64,000 nucleotides of DNA from Oikopleura dioica (lineage: Eukaryota > Animalia > Chordata). The stretch lies in assembly GCA_907165135.1 (NCBI GenBank), contig OU015568.1, positions 15,883,208-15,947,207 of the forward strand. Direction: 5' to 3'. This document shows, in pieces, positions 35,113 through 48,254 of the stretch (its first letter is position 1; each line of letters starts with the position of its first letter). The notes under the pieces are model-generated. The model made no database searches, had not been told where the DNA came from, and worked only from the letters and a program-made list of their open reading frames with translations. The translations under genes and the position numbers were made by a program.

Positions 35113-35485
35113 ATCAATCAATAACTTGATTTAGTTATTGCTTGTTGTATTTAAAAATTGTAAATTCGGAATAAAAGGATAGTTTGAACACAAATGCTTT
35201 GATCAATGTTTAATTTCTACATAAACAAGAAAAGAACGTGCACCGGTTGATGAGGGTTCGCCTCCCTGTTTACGAATTGTTTGAGAAAAATGAGTAATAT
35301 TTAATTGTAAGCTGGACAAACGTTTTGTGAAAAATTTCTTCGTTCGAGAGCTCTTTTTCGGGGATTTAACAAGAAAAAGTAAATGATGATTGTTTGTTTA
35401 CCGATCATTCAAATATCAAGTCTTTTCTAATGACTCGGGGCTCAGAGGGTTACCAAATCAGAGTTTTTATAGAGCAAAAATATAA

Positions 35486-35737
35486 ATGAAAATTTTGGCC
35501 ATTTTATTAGCATCGGCCATTTCTTGGCCGTATATTCCCGATCGGCCACAATTCACACGACTCCCTGACGGTTCGAGAGACTACGAAACCGATTATCAAT
35601 TTTATTCAAAGTACTGTTCTTGTGTCAGATACGATTGTTACTGTGATCTTTCCGATTGGGGCTTGGGAACATTTGGATCTCCTCTTGATTTTGGATCTAC
35701 AACCCTCGTGTTCACGTCAACGTATACACCTGAATAA
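35486..35737 (+). CDS. Small secreted Cys-containing protein (83 aa)
   Basis: Signal peptide MKILAILLASAIS, a CSCVRYDCYC motif, and AATAAA overlapping the stop. Confidence 0.65.
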   Translation: MKILAILLASAISWPYIPDRPQFTRLPDGSRDYETDYQFYSKYCSCVRYDCYCDLSDWGLGTFGSPLDFGSTTLVFTSTYTPE

Positions 35738-35919
35738 ATGGAAAATAAATTTTAACAAACTCGCAATATATTTTCTTGACAGAAAAGGAGTAAAAGTATG
35801 AATTTTCGCGCTTTTATCGGAGAAAGACTTGTAAAGACAACGAAAACTAATGAACGGAAATTTGATATCATGCAATTTGAATGTTTGGGAAGATCACGAA
35901 AAAACGAGTTTATTATTTT

Positions 35920-37066
35920 TCAATGAATTGATGTTTCATGCTCAACTTTTCTTTTCGCCGATGCATTTCGTACTCCATCGGATTCAGGCCAATGCGCTAG
36001 AATGTAAAATAGATAGAGGATGCCAGCAACGCAGCCTCCGATAAACGAGCCGAGGAGAGGAACCCAGAAGAAGAATGATGAGTTTGTGTCATCGAGCCCA
36101 GAAAATGCCGTTTTTCCGTATAGAATTGTGGCAAAGCATCGTGGTGCAAAGTCACGTGCAGCATTAATGGCGCCACTAGATAATACTTTTGCAAGCTTCG
36201 GATTTTATAAACGCCTTACCCAGAATTTGCTCCATACGACAATCCTACTGCAGTAGCACTGAGGCCGATAATCAGAGGGGCCATTCCTTGTGGACCTCCA
36301 TTATTGTGTCGCTTGTCAGTTACTGCTAGCACTGTTGTCGCAAGAATTGAAGATCCAATGATTTGATCAACTAGCATTGTAAGCTAAATATTTTTCTTCA
36401 ATGTCTTTTTTCTACGAACTCTTACGTGAGAGTTCGGCACATCATGTTTTGGACAAGTTGAATATAGACAGCTGAACTCATAATTTTTCTGGCTGAAACG
36501 ATCAATAGCATTTCCGTATTTGTCATTCAGAGCATCCCCGTTGAAATGTTCGTAGGCATCTTTTTCGTTTACCGAATAAACCCAGTAAGAGAGAGCAGCA
36601 GCGACGAACATCCCAAGAAATTGAGCAACCAGATAAACAACTGTTCCTACGAAATTCTGCAAAAATCCGTTTCCCATCTTTTTAAGGTCAAAACATGCAA
36701 AAAAAAATTCTGTGGATTGAAATCAAGGAAGAGAATTCTGAACCTTTCCTTCCCCAGAATAGCGTGCGCCATTGTAACAGTCGGATTCAGATGTCCGCCA
36801 GAAGCACCAGCTGAGAAGAAAATTCCTAGAGCAACGCCAAGTCCCCCACAGAGTGCACCATGAACTGAGCTTGCACCTCCAAATCCAAGCAGAGGAGAGG
36901 TCAGATGCGCAGCGCCAATACCAATGTATGCAAGAATGAAAGATCCTTAGAATTTTTCTTACATCGGAACTGATTTGTTTTACTAACCATGAAATTCGGC
37001 GAGAAACTGTCTCACTCTCGTGCTTCTTATCTTAAGATTTCTTGAGACGATTGATTCCAGCGACAT
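35920..37066 (-). CDS. Aquaglyceroporin (AQP3/7/9/10 class)
   Basis: RQFLAEFHG, SGGHLNPTVTMA, GAINAARDFAPR and FWVPLLGSFIGGCVAGILY. Confidence 0.92.
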
Positions 37067-37622
37067 TTTCTCGAGACTCTTCGACGGCTAAAAAGTAATC
37101 CATCAATAACACCGACAGTTACTATCGGTTTAAACCGATCTTCAAAACGCAGCCCCTATAGCCATGTATGAATATTAATTATTTCTAAAATTATGGGAAA
37201 ATTAATTACTAATCACCTACTGAAATCGGACTGGGCAATGAGCTACTCCTTCGTTTGCTAATTAAAAAGTCAATGGACGATAACCGTGGCCGTTCTGTCA
37301 TTCTGAGCTCTCTCTTTGACTGTAAAAAAAATCCTGCAATTCAATGCACCGCAATCTGATACCAGGCTTTCGCTTGCTTTTGTCTTATTTTTTCGTTGAA
37401 AAGGGCCGAAAATAACGGATAAAATTACCTCTGTTTCAGGAAAGACACTTCTGGACACAAATTTTAACATGACTCCCTGTGCCGAACAAAGCTAACTATC
37501 AATCCCTATCTTAATTGCTTCTGTGAGTCCTTGGATCGCTGCTTTTTGCTTACAAGGCACTCAGGTTCCGCTAGGAAATGGAGAAGTACCTATTGATTGA
37601 TGTCTCTTCTGACGAAAATATT

Positions 37623-40600
37623 TTAGGAAGCGGTTGAACTTTGAACTTGAGATTTATTAAAGAAAGATAAAGAATAAGTTAAACGAAGATATCTAGAATT
37701 TTTTCTTGGTGTCGATGGTGGAGGAGGCGACGACTTCTGAGACCTTGTGAGTGATAGACTGACCAGTGACAAGCGTAAATCGAAGCTCAAAGGAATCCAC
37801 TTGCGGCGCGCCTTTCCAGTAAAAGCTATCGATGGTGCCGAATTCCATGCTTTTCCACGCCCCATCGCCCTTTTTGATCTAATATTGATGCTAAGAAAAG
37901 TATTCGAAAGGAAAATTGTACCTCGATAGACTTCATTTTGTGCTTGTGGTTGAGCGGCATGACGGCCAGCCACCATTTGGAACTTCCTTCTTTGATATGG
38001 AATTCAAAAGTGTCCTTCATCATGAATCTGTCAGGGCACTCGATAAATTTCCAATTCGCCTTGAATCGCGAATGACCAGCGTTTCCTGAGACTTTGTCCC
38101 ATGCCGCGTTGCTCAAGTCCAAGTCGCCTTCGTGGCATTCTGGGCAGCTGTCGACCACCATCGCTACTGTCGTTTTTCCGGCATCGCAGTTGGTCCCGAC
38201 ATTACCAGCTGTACAGTCGATTTCAACGCATCGTCCGCAGTTGGCTCCCTTTTCCCACATTGGCTTTGGCAAAGCAACGAAATATTTTGTCGTCTCGTCG
38301 CTGAATTTGGGGTAGCCGCAGTTGCCACCGTCGGGTTTTTCCGCGTAAACAGTGATATCGCCCTTGTGAAGCTTTCCGCCGCTAGCATTTTGCCAAAGTG
38401 GTGAATTATTACTCCAATTTCGGGCAGTTGTAGCTGTTGGCTTGGTTTTTGGTTTTGTCGTAGTCTTCATCGGTTTTGGGGTTGTTTTCTGAGCTGGACG
38501 AGCAGTCGTTTTTGCTGGCGCTTTTCCTGCATGCACCGATTTCAAAGAAGCTGAGTCAATGACAAACGAACGGCTAGGTGGAGGTCCCTCGATATAGATT
38601 CGAATGTTCTTGACATCCTGAACTTTGTAGTCGAAACTGATGGTACCGGAAAGACGAGTCCATTGTTTAGGTCTTGCTTGAACGCTTGCAATTGGCTTCC
38701 AGACTGGTTTACCGGATTTGAATTCAATATTTGCAGTCATGATGAATCTAAAGGATAGCTTAGGAAGGATTTATGGCTATGAGCTAATTTTGCTAAACTA
38801 TGAATTTTATATTATGATGATAGAATGAGTGAAATCGTGAGTAAATGTACTGTATTGTTAGTTTTGTGTAATAATGAAATGAATACTACAAAAAACTTAC
38901 GAGAAGAAGGACATTTTATTTTCTAAAATCTGATAAATTATCTTTCCCGATATAAAACTTACTTCTCAGCTTTTTGATCATTTCCCTGCGGACGTATGTA
39001 AACTTCCGCAATATAATCATTTCCAGGAAGAAGATCCTTGCCAAAAACAAAATCCTGTGCTGGACCAGCCCAAGCGCCCAGTCTTGATTCGACCTTGTAT
39101 CCAGCTTTTCCACTTTGAGCTGCCCATGGGAAAGCAACTCGACTTCCCTTGCAGCCGTTGCAAATCCATCCGTGGTGACCATTTTCGAAGTCTCCATTTT
39201 TGAATTCTTGAGCGCTAGTATCTTTTGAAGCCGTAGCTTTTGTTGGCAAAGGAGCAGATGATGAGCTAGAACCGTGGCTGCTCTTTGCTGGCGGAAGGGG
39301 CAAGTCAATACTTGGGCGAGCGTAATTTCGAACTGTGCAATCGCCACCAAGTAATTTGCACTTGACTCCAGCTGCTAAGCCCTGGAATGCAGCATTATAG
39401 TCTGTGGCTACTTCATTAGCAATGTAGTCCTTGCGGCTGTCTGTATATCGATCTTGCTCGTTTGGCCCGCCGACAAGTGCTCCAAAAAGAACCCAAGGAG
39501 CGGGGCCACGCCCAGATTGCGCCCAGTCACATGTTTTTGGCTTTGCTGGACAACTTGATCCTCGATGATGAGGCTCTTTTGGTGGACTTTTACCAAAACC
39601 AACGACGTAACTTCTGCCTGTGCTTCCAAGAGCGTAATTTAGCTGTTTCTGGGCAAATTGAAAATATTGGCTGGCTTTTGGAAGCTTTGGTTCCGCCATG
39701 GCAGCTTGTAAAGCCATAAATGCGATGTTAGAAGCGTGTCTCAGTGGGGCCCACTTTTGAACGTAGATCATTCCTTTTGGCGTTTTACGCTGTCGTAAAG
39801 CACTGTCGACGTATTTTGCCAAGTGCGTTGCATATTTTGGATTCTTGGTCGCTTGAAGCATGACTGCCATGGTTCCGGGCTTCTTGGAATCCCAGGTTGA
39901 TTCAACTCCCGAGTACTGGATGCCGAAATTATTATAATCTCGCTCCGCAATAGCCTTCCATTTTGAATCCCCAGAAGCTCTGTAAATCCACGCCGAAGCC
40001 CATGCGATTTCGTCTTTGTAGCCCCAAGATTTGTAAAACTCAGTAATCATCGGAATCGCGCTATTGTAATCTTTTTGGTAGTTCTTGGCGAGTGCGTAGA
40101 GTTCGCGCGCATGAGCTAAATATTCATCAGCCAGTTTTGGGTTACTTTCCCGGAAAAGCAAAGATCCAGCAGCAAGCGCTGCAGCGGATTCGCCGACGAC
40201 ATCGGAGCCGGGATTTTTCGGTGAGATGATGTAGGTTGGTCTGTTCATTCGCATCTCTTCAGCTCTGCCCCAGTATTCGTGGTCTTTTTTCGCATTGCCG
40301 ATTTGAGCAACAAACTGGTCTTTTGCAATGTGACATTTGACGAAGTAATCCAGAGTCCATTTGACTTGAGCAAGAGCGTTTTCATATTCGCCAGCTGCTT
40401 TGTAAGCGTCACCGTATTCGATGATTCCCCAGGTGAGTGTCGTTGTTGACCAAGCCATTGGCAAACCGAACTTAACGTAATCACCAGCGTCGTACCACCC
40501 GCCAGTAAGATCTCTTCCGATGTCACATCCATCGTTGAGGCCGCTATCTCCTCGCCATTTTACTCGATTGTCTTCCGGAAGCTCACCAGATCGCTGAGCT

Positions 40601-42017
40601 TCGTAAAACAGAATCGACTTGGCGATAACTTCGTTCAAGTCGTATTTTGTCTTCGCTACCTCTTCTTTTGAAGCCTTTTTGAAAGTTGGCTTGGTTGCAG
40701 ATTGGGATTTAAGATTTCCTCCGGCTCTAGAGCAATGATCTTTTGAGGCCTTGTTGTAGGAGATTTTTCCAAAATCTACGTCTGAAGACACAGTTTTGGG
40801 GGGATTTGCCGGCTTGGTGCTTGGTGAAGTTGTCGTTTTTTCACTTGTGGGTCTGTTAATTATTGATGGTTTTGGAGCTGGCTTGGTCTGAACATGCTTT
40901 TGAGGGGGTGCTTTAGTTGGTTGGGCTTTTGCAGGCGACGAGGTAGCACTAGATCCACCGTTAATTCCGTCGTGGCACCACCAAGTCGTTGCCTTGACTC
41001 CACCGCTTTCCGCTTTCGCCAAAAAGTCGAAATTGAATTTGCTGTCGAGAACTTTGTTGTAAGACATCGGCAGGAGCTCCCAAGTCTTCCCATCGTCAGA
41101 GATCTTTTTGGCTTTGCTTTCCAGCTTTGGAAGCCACTCACAGCAGTGTTGAACTCAACGATAATCTTCCAATTGGAAACTCTTCCGGAGACAGGCATCC
41201 AGCCAAAAGCGTTGAACTGGTGGGCGCCTTTGTCGAACCATTCTGAGATTTTAGTGAATAAATAACAAAGAAAGAGATTTCTTACGAGCTCGAATAATGA
41301 GTCCAGATTGATTGTCGACGTTCTTGAGCTTCTTACAATTACTTCTGGCGGAATCTTCTGTAGACGCCGCTGATGTTGTTGTTTTAGCTGTAGTTGTCGT
41401 GGCCTTTGTTGTGGTGGTTTTAGCTGTGGTTGTAGTTGTTGTCGCCCTGGTTGTCGTCGTTTTCGTTGTCGTCGATTTCGGTGTGGTTTTTACCGGTTTT
41501 TGAGTTGTTTCCGGCAAAGCCATTTCCGCTGTCTCATTCTGTTTAGAGAGAACAGAAACTTTTCTAAAATTCGCGCAGCGTTTTTTCTTACCCTTCGCGA
41601 AAATTTTCACGACATCGCCTTTCACAGCCTTTTTGCAATTGAACACGATCTTGGGCGCGTTTTCTTTTGCGAGGCGGCGAAGGACTTGGGTAGACAGCTT
41701 TTTTCCACAAGTTTTTCCGTTCACGCTTGCCGTCAGGCCGATGTAGTTCTGAAGATGATATATTAATTTGAATTCAATATTAATATATTCTTGGAGTCTT
41801 TTCTTTCTCTTTCCTTGGCCGCTTTGAGCGTGAAATCTTCCATTTGCAGCTGAATTTCTTCCACTTCCGTCTCATTTTCAAGCTTTATCTCTAGTCCCGA
41901 TCCAATGTTCTCACTATTACAGGGTTTCTCGACAGTGGTACTCTCGAGAGCCGCCTGAGTCGTCTCATTCTGGGCAAAAATCCCCGACGAGCCGAGTAAA
42001 ATCGGAAGAAGTTTCAT
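37623..42017 (-). CDS. Secreted modular cellulase: signal peptide, Thr-rich linker, CBM2-like, GH9, CBM4/22-like, expansin (DPBB plus CBM63)
   Basis: GH9 motifs DLTGGWYDAGDYVKFGLPMA, PHHRGSSCP and NEVATDYNA. CBM-type NGDFENG...W...WAGPAQD...WTRLSGT. Expansin-type GGNCGY...NCGRCVEI...VVDSCPECHEGDLDLS...KEGSSKWWLAV. One 1-nt frameshift near 41110. Confidence 0.88.
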
Positions 42018-43258
42018 CTTTTTCAGATTTTCTTCCGCACTGCTCCTTATCGAAAAAGGGATCGCAGAGAAAATGAGGTGTTATTTTCTGCTTCGTCTAT
42101 CGTCGAAACGTAATTATGCCCGGCGGGGGTCCTAATATTCTTTTTCCATGGAATTGAGTACTAAGTATTTTTTGTAAATAGAACTTCGCGGCTACGAAGA
42201 GTTAGACGGTGTTGAATCAGTCGTAACTAGTTTTTGGCGAAATTGAAGCTGGAAAAATATATACAGAAAATGGAGGAGATTAGCAACAGATGCTCAGAGC
42301 TCTCCCTAACCGGATTTTGTCCTTGAATCGCACTAAAGAGTCTCTTCTTGGTTCTCGATGATGTTTCCGACAGGTGAGGCCCCGAACAAACAGAGAAAGG
42401 CCTCCGGCCGCTCAATGGTAGTTTTCTTTCAGAAGACACGTTCCATAGTGATTTTGGATTAATTTCTTGCTAATAATGCCGCCCGTTCTAATTTCGAGCA
42501 CGCTTGTTCCCACCCCCTTATTTGCTCCTGCTCCTGTGCACTCAGCGCCGTGACACTGTTGATGTTAGTATTGCTTTCAGAGAAAGTGTTATTGCGAGAA
42601 AAATGGTAGTCAACAATTACACGACATCTAAGAAGCTAGAAAGATGGGTAAGCTGAGTGCATGTTCCTCCAGTTTTGAGTTTCATGTTAAAAAGTTTCCA
42701 CAAAGTGAGGGCTGATTTTAGAAAGAATACAGAAAAATAATGACTGTCAGCAACTATCAAGAGTATAAGAAAGCGTTACGATGGGTTTTTTTAATCGTTA
42801 TCAAAAGATTTTTAACAAAAGTATTTTAAGGATCACATGATTCGACACAGTCCTCTAAAACAATCCGCCGGGACAAGAGAACTTCCACTTTTCACCCCAA
42901 AGCCGTACCGAATAACGCCAAAGTCGACGAAAGATATTATGAGAGAGCAGAATTTCATCAACGATTCTGTCAAAGGTAGAACATTAAAAACTGTCCACTA
43001 TCGAAATATGCTTAGCGACAAAGCAAGCTCGAGCAGCACGACAGCCACTTAATCCAGAGTACGACGGGAGCAAAGGTGTGCGCGTAAAACGTCGATTCAA
43101 TTGTTAACTTATCGTTCAGATAAGATGACACGTTCTTTCTCCATGTCTCCTGTCCGGCAGCAACTTCCGAGGTCAGAATCGACTTTTCGAATGTATCAAG
43201 ATTCTACAAGTTCATACAATCCATCTGAGTATTCTCTCCCACCTTCGGTAAGAGATTT

Positions 43259-43885
43259 TCATGATAAGCCTCGATAGAACCTCCCGGTAGCGTTGCGTTT
43301 CTCGTAAATCTTCAAGAAGTACTCCCTCCTGTCGATCAATTCTTTGCTCAAGAAGTTTGGTCTCCCGCGGCGTATTACGGCCCCAAACAGTTCAAGAAAT
43401 CGAGAGCAAGGAACGACTCTATCATAATCGAGCAGTGAAAGATACGAATAGCGTTCGCTGGTGGAATCCAACGGTATATAACTCAATTCTTTCATCGTTG
43501 ATTTCATCATTTTGATAGACTTATCTGATCCAACCGTATGATGCCGTAATGGACCCAAACGCAGGGCGATATTTTTCACGTCCGGAAGTCAAAAAGCTTG
43601 TGAGCAGAACTCGCCTTCTACAAATCTCTTGAATAAACTTTTTACAAACGTTTTAAGAAATCCGTCTCGCATCCGTATCATGGTAATCTTGGAGATTAGT
43701 AAAACTGCTTTGAGGCGCCAAGTTCCGTTTGAGGCACTTGAGAACGTCTCAAGTGATTTTGCGTTACTGTAGTGCCACAAGTTATTATTTGCACATCTGC
43801 AGATTTTTCTCTCGACAGCTTTAGTGGGATATTTATTCGAAGAATCAGTCAGAATCGTTGTCATCGAAAATTGACGAAATATCAA
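43259..43885 (-). CDS. Uncharacterised gene immediately downstream of the RING cluster
   Basis: Two consecutive protein-like ORFs (98 and 106 aa). No motif recognised. Confidence 0.35.
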
Positions 43886-44721
43886 ATTTACATGTAGGGC
43901 ATTCGTGCTTTTCCTTCAGCCATGGATCGATACAGTCTTTGTGCAGAATATGAAGACATGGAAGACGGCGGACTTCGTCGTCTCGTGCGAGATCGTCCAT
44001 GCAAACCGGGCAGCTGTATTCAGTGAAAGCTTCTCTCAACCGCTGAGTTGGTAGAGCCTCTATTTGAGCGGGATGAAGACCTTGAGGTCGCCTAAAAATA
44101 GTTGTTAGTAAAAAATATTCCTCTTGTATTGTTACCCTTGAATGATCATCTGAAGTAGTCCTGCAAATAGTTCGTGGAGTCTTTCATCGACATCAACATC
44201 TTCATCAGAAGACGAAGAGTCTTGATCATTTTCAGAAGAATCTGTCGGTTGAATTTCAATGAGTGAATCGTTGTTTGAAGGAGTAGGTTGTTCGTTTCTC
44301 CCGTCATCGTCAAAAATCATCGATTCTAGGGTATTTGAAGGTGACGCTGACTTATGTTTACTTTACGTCTGACTGGTAGGTCGCTGAATTCAGGGACATT
44401 TGTAATATTTTGAGACTCGGGCTGCGGCATAAACTGTCGCGGCAGTTCTTGTCTGTTAGACAATTCTTCATCCGCTCTTTGGCAAATTCGACGAATTTCT
44501 GTGACATTTGAAATGTCGCTTTCGTTTCTCCTCGTTGTTGGCGGTTGATAGCCGCAAACCGATTGTTCTGGTCTTCTTGTTGGCTCGTGATTCTGTTCGT
44601 CTGTTCCATTCAGCTGCTCGTGAAGTCTTCTTGCCATAGCTTCATCGGACTCATACTGATCCACAAGTCTAATCGCTTCTCTAGTGGTAGCAGTCGGATC
44701 ATAACTCTGCCACGGATCCAT
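43845..44721 (-). CDS. RING-H2 E3 ligase, copy C (divergent)
   Basis: CPVCMDDLARDDEVRRLPCLHILHKDCIDPWLKEKHECPTC. N-terminal SDEAMARRLHEQ. Confidence 0.85.
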
Positions 44722-45012
44722 TTAAAATCTTGAATGTTTTCTCGTCCCTCTTACTGTTCTCTACAACTTATGCTGTTGATAAGAATCTTGTTCGTGACAA
44801 TATTTGCATTTGCCCTGTTTTAACGATTTTGACAGCCAATGCGATTAGCGTTTGGATTATGAAAAGGGAAAGGGGACAAATAGAACGTCTAACATAGAAG
44901 TGGCTTTTGTGCAGTGAATCTATTCGAGTTTATTATCAATATTTTTGCAAAATGTGTGATTTTCAGTGAGTTTTTTCTAGTGATAGTTCTGGCCTATAGA
45001 ACCAGCTTCATT

Positions 45013-46258
45013 TTACATGGCGGAGGAAATGTCGAACTTGCAGATCGGACATTCTTTGCTCTTCTTCAGCCATGGATCGATGCAGCCTTTGTGCAGCACG
45101 TGGAGACATGGAAGACGTCGAATCTCGTTGTTGGTCGCCATATCATCCATGCAAACTGGACAGGTGTCCCCTGCGATTGTCTCGTCTAGCGACTGGGACG
45201 GAAGGCGATTGATCTGGTCTTGACGAAGTCCGAGCCCTACCGCTGAATGCTGAGCAGTTGGCCGTGTGAAAGCAGGAGGACGGAATTGAGATAATGCCGA
45301 GGTAGATGCCCCTGGAGTAGCTCCAATGGAAGACGAAGCTTGACCAACTCGATTGTTCGTTTGCAATGCATTAATGAATGAGTCATCAGAGTCGTACGTC
45401 GATGAAGATGCATTGAGAAGCGCTTCCCCAGTGTCTTCCTCTTCGCTATCCTCTGGCAAATTATCTGGCTGTCTTCGTGGAGGGCTGGACATAGCATTCC
45501 GTCGATGCTCGTTAGCGTTCGAACGAACCTGCAAAATCTTGATTTTCAATCTTTGTCTTTGAAGTTACCTGTCCCGATGTTCCTGGAGCTCTACCCGATA
45601 TTTGAGGATGAATTGAGCGAATCGGGCTTCTATCTCTTTCGTCCTCCTCGTCCATTTCTTGAATCAGTCGCTCGGCATCTCGCACCAGTGCCTGCAAATG
45701 TGCGCGTGACGCAGCAGATTCCGCTGTTGTATTGTGACTTGTGTCCATCGACTCGTTGTTCTCGTCCTCATCTTCTTCGTCGTCGCTTCCTGTCAAATCA
45801 ATGACGTCCTCATCTGAAAAGCGAGTAATTTTTCACCTTTCAAAGTTATTGAGTACTTACTTATCGGTGGCAAATCCGTAGTAATTCGAACGCTCCGTCC
45901 AATAACTGCTGTTGACGAAGTCGGACCTAAACTCGGATCTCACATGTTCTGTAATCATAAAAACGATTTGTTCATTATTTGTTTCTAGCAGTTTTTAGTG
46001 GTAGAAAAGATCCGAGCCTGGAGATTCAAAATCAAATTCTGTGCCATTCTGGAGTTGTCGGGCGAGGGCTTCATCCCTTTCGAACTGCTCGACTAGGCGA
46101 ATCGCATCTTTACGGGGTTGTTTATTTTTTCGAGAAAAAGGTTGGAAAATTAACAGATTTAAGAAGAATTGCCACAAAAATTAATTCATGAAATTTAACA
46201 TTTAGATTCTACCCCTCCCTATAGTCGTATTGAAGTTATCACTAGAGCTTTGACTCAT
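45013..46258 (-). CDS. RING-H2 E3 ligase, copy B
   Basis: Start MSQSSSDNFNTT, then DEALARQLQ, EDVIDLTG and CPVCMDDMATNNEIRRLPCLHVLHKGCIDPWLKKSKECPIC. Confidence 0.85.
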
Positions 46259-46737
46259 CTCTCAAATCTCTCTGCCAAAAGGAGAAAAATCCTGTTTTTC
46301 AAAATAATCGCAGGAAAGTGGCTGACTGATTTACGAAATGAGAGCGCGCGCTTCTGTGATGTCTCCTCAGATTGGCAGATCGCTGTTTTCGACTCCAACG
46401 AATTTCTTCGCAAAGCGGAACGATCCAAATTTTAAAACTAAATGACTCAACCGAAGAAGCGCCTTCGAGATTTGAAGTTCTCGAAACATTTGTTTTTTTG
46501 GTAGTTTATTCAGAACACCTCTGCTGATGCTTCCCCAATTTAGTAACCCTGCTCCTGACTCAGGAATCCTGACAAAGTTCGACTCTGCTGTGTATGACAC
46601 TTTGATAAGAGAGATAAGGTAGATGAATTGACTGTTGTGCGGTGAATCTATTCAAGTTTATTATCATTTTATTTGCAGAATTTGTGATTTTCAGTGAGTT
46701 TTCTAGTGATAATTTTGCCCTAAGGAAGAGCCTCGTT

Positions 46738-48254
46738 TTACATGGCGGAGGAAATGTCGAACTTGCAGATCGGACATTCTTTGCTATTCTTCAGCCATGG
46801 GTCGATGCAGCCTTTGTGTAGCACGTGGAGACATGGAAGACGTCGAACCTCGTTGTTGGTCGCCATTTCGTCCATGCAAACTGGACAGGTGTCGCCTGCG
46901 AGTGTCTCGTCCAGCGACTGGGAGGGGAGGCGATTGATCTGGTCTTGACGAAGTCCGACCCTAAATAGTGATTTGTGAGAATAGATAAAATTACCGTAAA
47001 CGTACTTGTGATCTTGAAGATTCAGGAGGCGCTCATATGAAGATCCTTGCAAGGGAAATCCACTGCCAGGACCTCCTCGGACGATAGACATTGAAGAAGT
47101 TGCAGACCGGTCACCGCCACTTGAAGTGCTCATGGAGAACAGCAAGTTTGACCCGCCACTGGAGCCGCCAGTTCCTCTAGTTAAAGTTTGTCGCGTGAAA
47201 GCAGGAGGACGGAATGGGTTTGATACCGAAGAAGATGGTCCTGCATTATTCGCTCCAGAGTAGGAAGGAGCTTGCCGAACTCGATTGTTCGTTGCGACCA
47301 TCGAGGCATCAGCATCGTTGATGAAAGAGTCTTCAATATCGTAGTCGTTGGACTCGTTGAAAAGCGCTTCCTCAGTGTCTTCCTCTTCTCCAGCCACTGG
47401 CAAATCATCTGGATGTCTTCGAGGAGGGCTGGGAAAAGCATTCCGTCGATGCTCATCTGCGTTCCAACGGAACAAAGTCCGCGAACGACCCTGAAAAATC
47501 TCGATTTTCGATCTTTGTTTTTGAATTTACCTGTCCAGATGTGCCGGAAGCCGTTCTCCGAGGCCGTATATGGCGAATAATTGGGCTTCTATCTCTCTCG
47601 TTCTCTTCCTCGACCATTTCTTGCATCAGTCTTCGGGCCATGGCCTCGTCACTCTCTATCTGTGCGTTGGAAGCAGATGATCCCGCTGTTGTATTGTGAC
47701 TAGTGTCCATCGACTCGTTGCTCTCGTCTTCGTCCTCTTCGTCGCCGCTTACTGTCAAATCAATGACGTCCTCATCTGAAAAGGGAGTAATTTTTCGCCT
47801 TTCAAAATTACTGAATACTCAGACTCAGTATTCAGAATACTCACCTATCGCTGGCAAATCCGTGGTAATTCGAATGCTTCGTCCAATAACGGTCCTTGAC
47901 GAACTGGGACCTGAACTCTGATCTCATTAGCTCGATGATCATTAAGCTATTTGTTCGTTCATTGTTACTATCAATCTGTTCGTCATAAAAGAGATCCGAG
48001 CCTGGAGCTTCAGAATCGGATTCGGCTCCATTTTGAAGTTGTCTGGCGAGGGCTTCATCCCTTTCGTACTGCTCTACCAGACGAATAGCATCTTTACGGG
48101 GTCGTTTATTCTATGTAAGATCTTTCAATAAACATAAATGATAAATTTAAATAAAGAAAAAGTATATTTATTAAATAAAAAATTAGAAAATCAAAATCTA
48201 TATCTGGCCCCTTCCTAGAGTCGAATTGAAGTTATCAGTGGAACTCTGACTCAT
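46738..48254 (-). CDS. RING-H2 E3 ligase, copy A (Arkadia/RNF165/RNF38-like)
   Basis: Start MSQSSTDNFNST, then DEALARQLQ, EDVIDLTV, SDEAMARRL, SYERLLNLQD and a C-terminal RING-H2. Confidence 0.85.

Noticed and set aside
41095-41125. Programmed frameshift or pseudogenisation of the cellulase
   Set aside because: A 1-nt shortfall in an A-rich run with intact domains on both sides is most simply a consensus error. It needs read checking, but there is no positive evidence for recoding.
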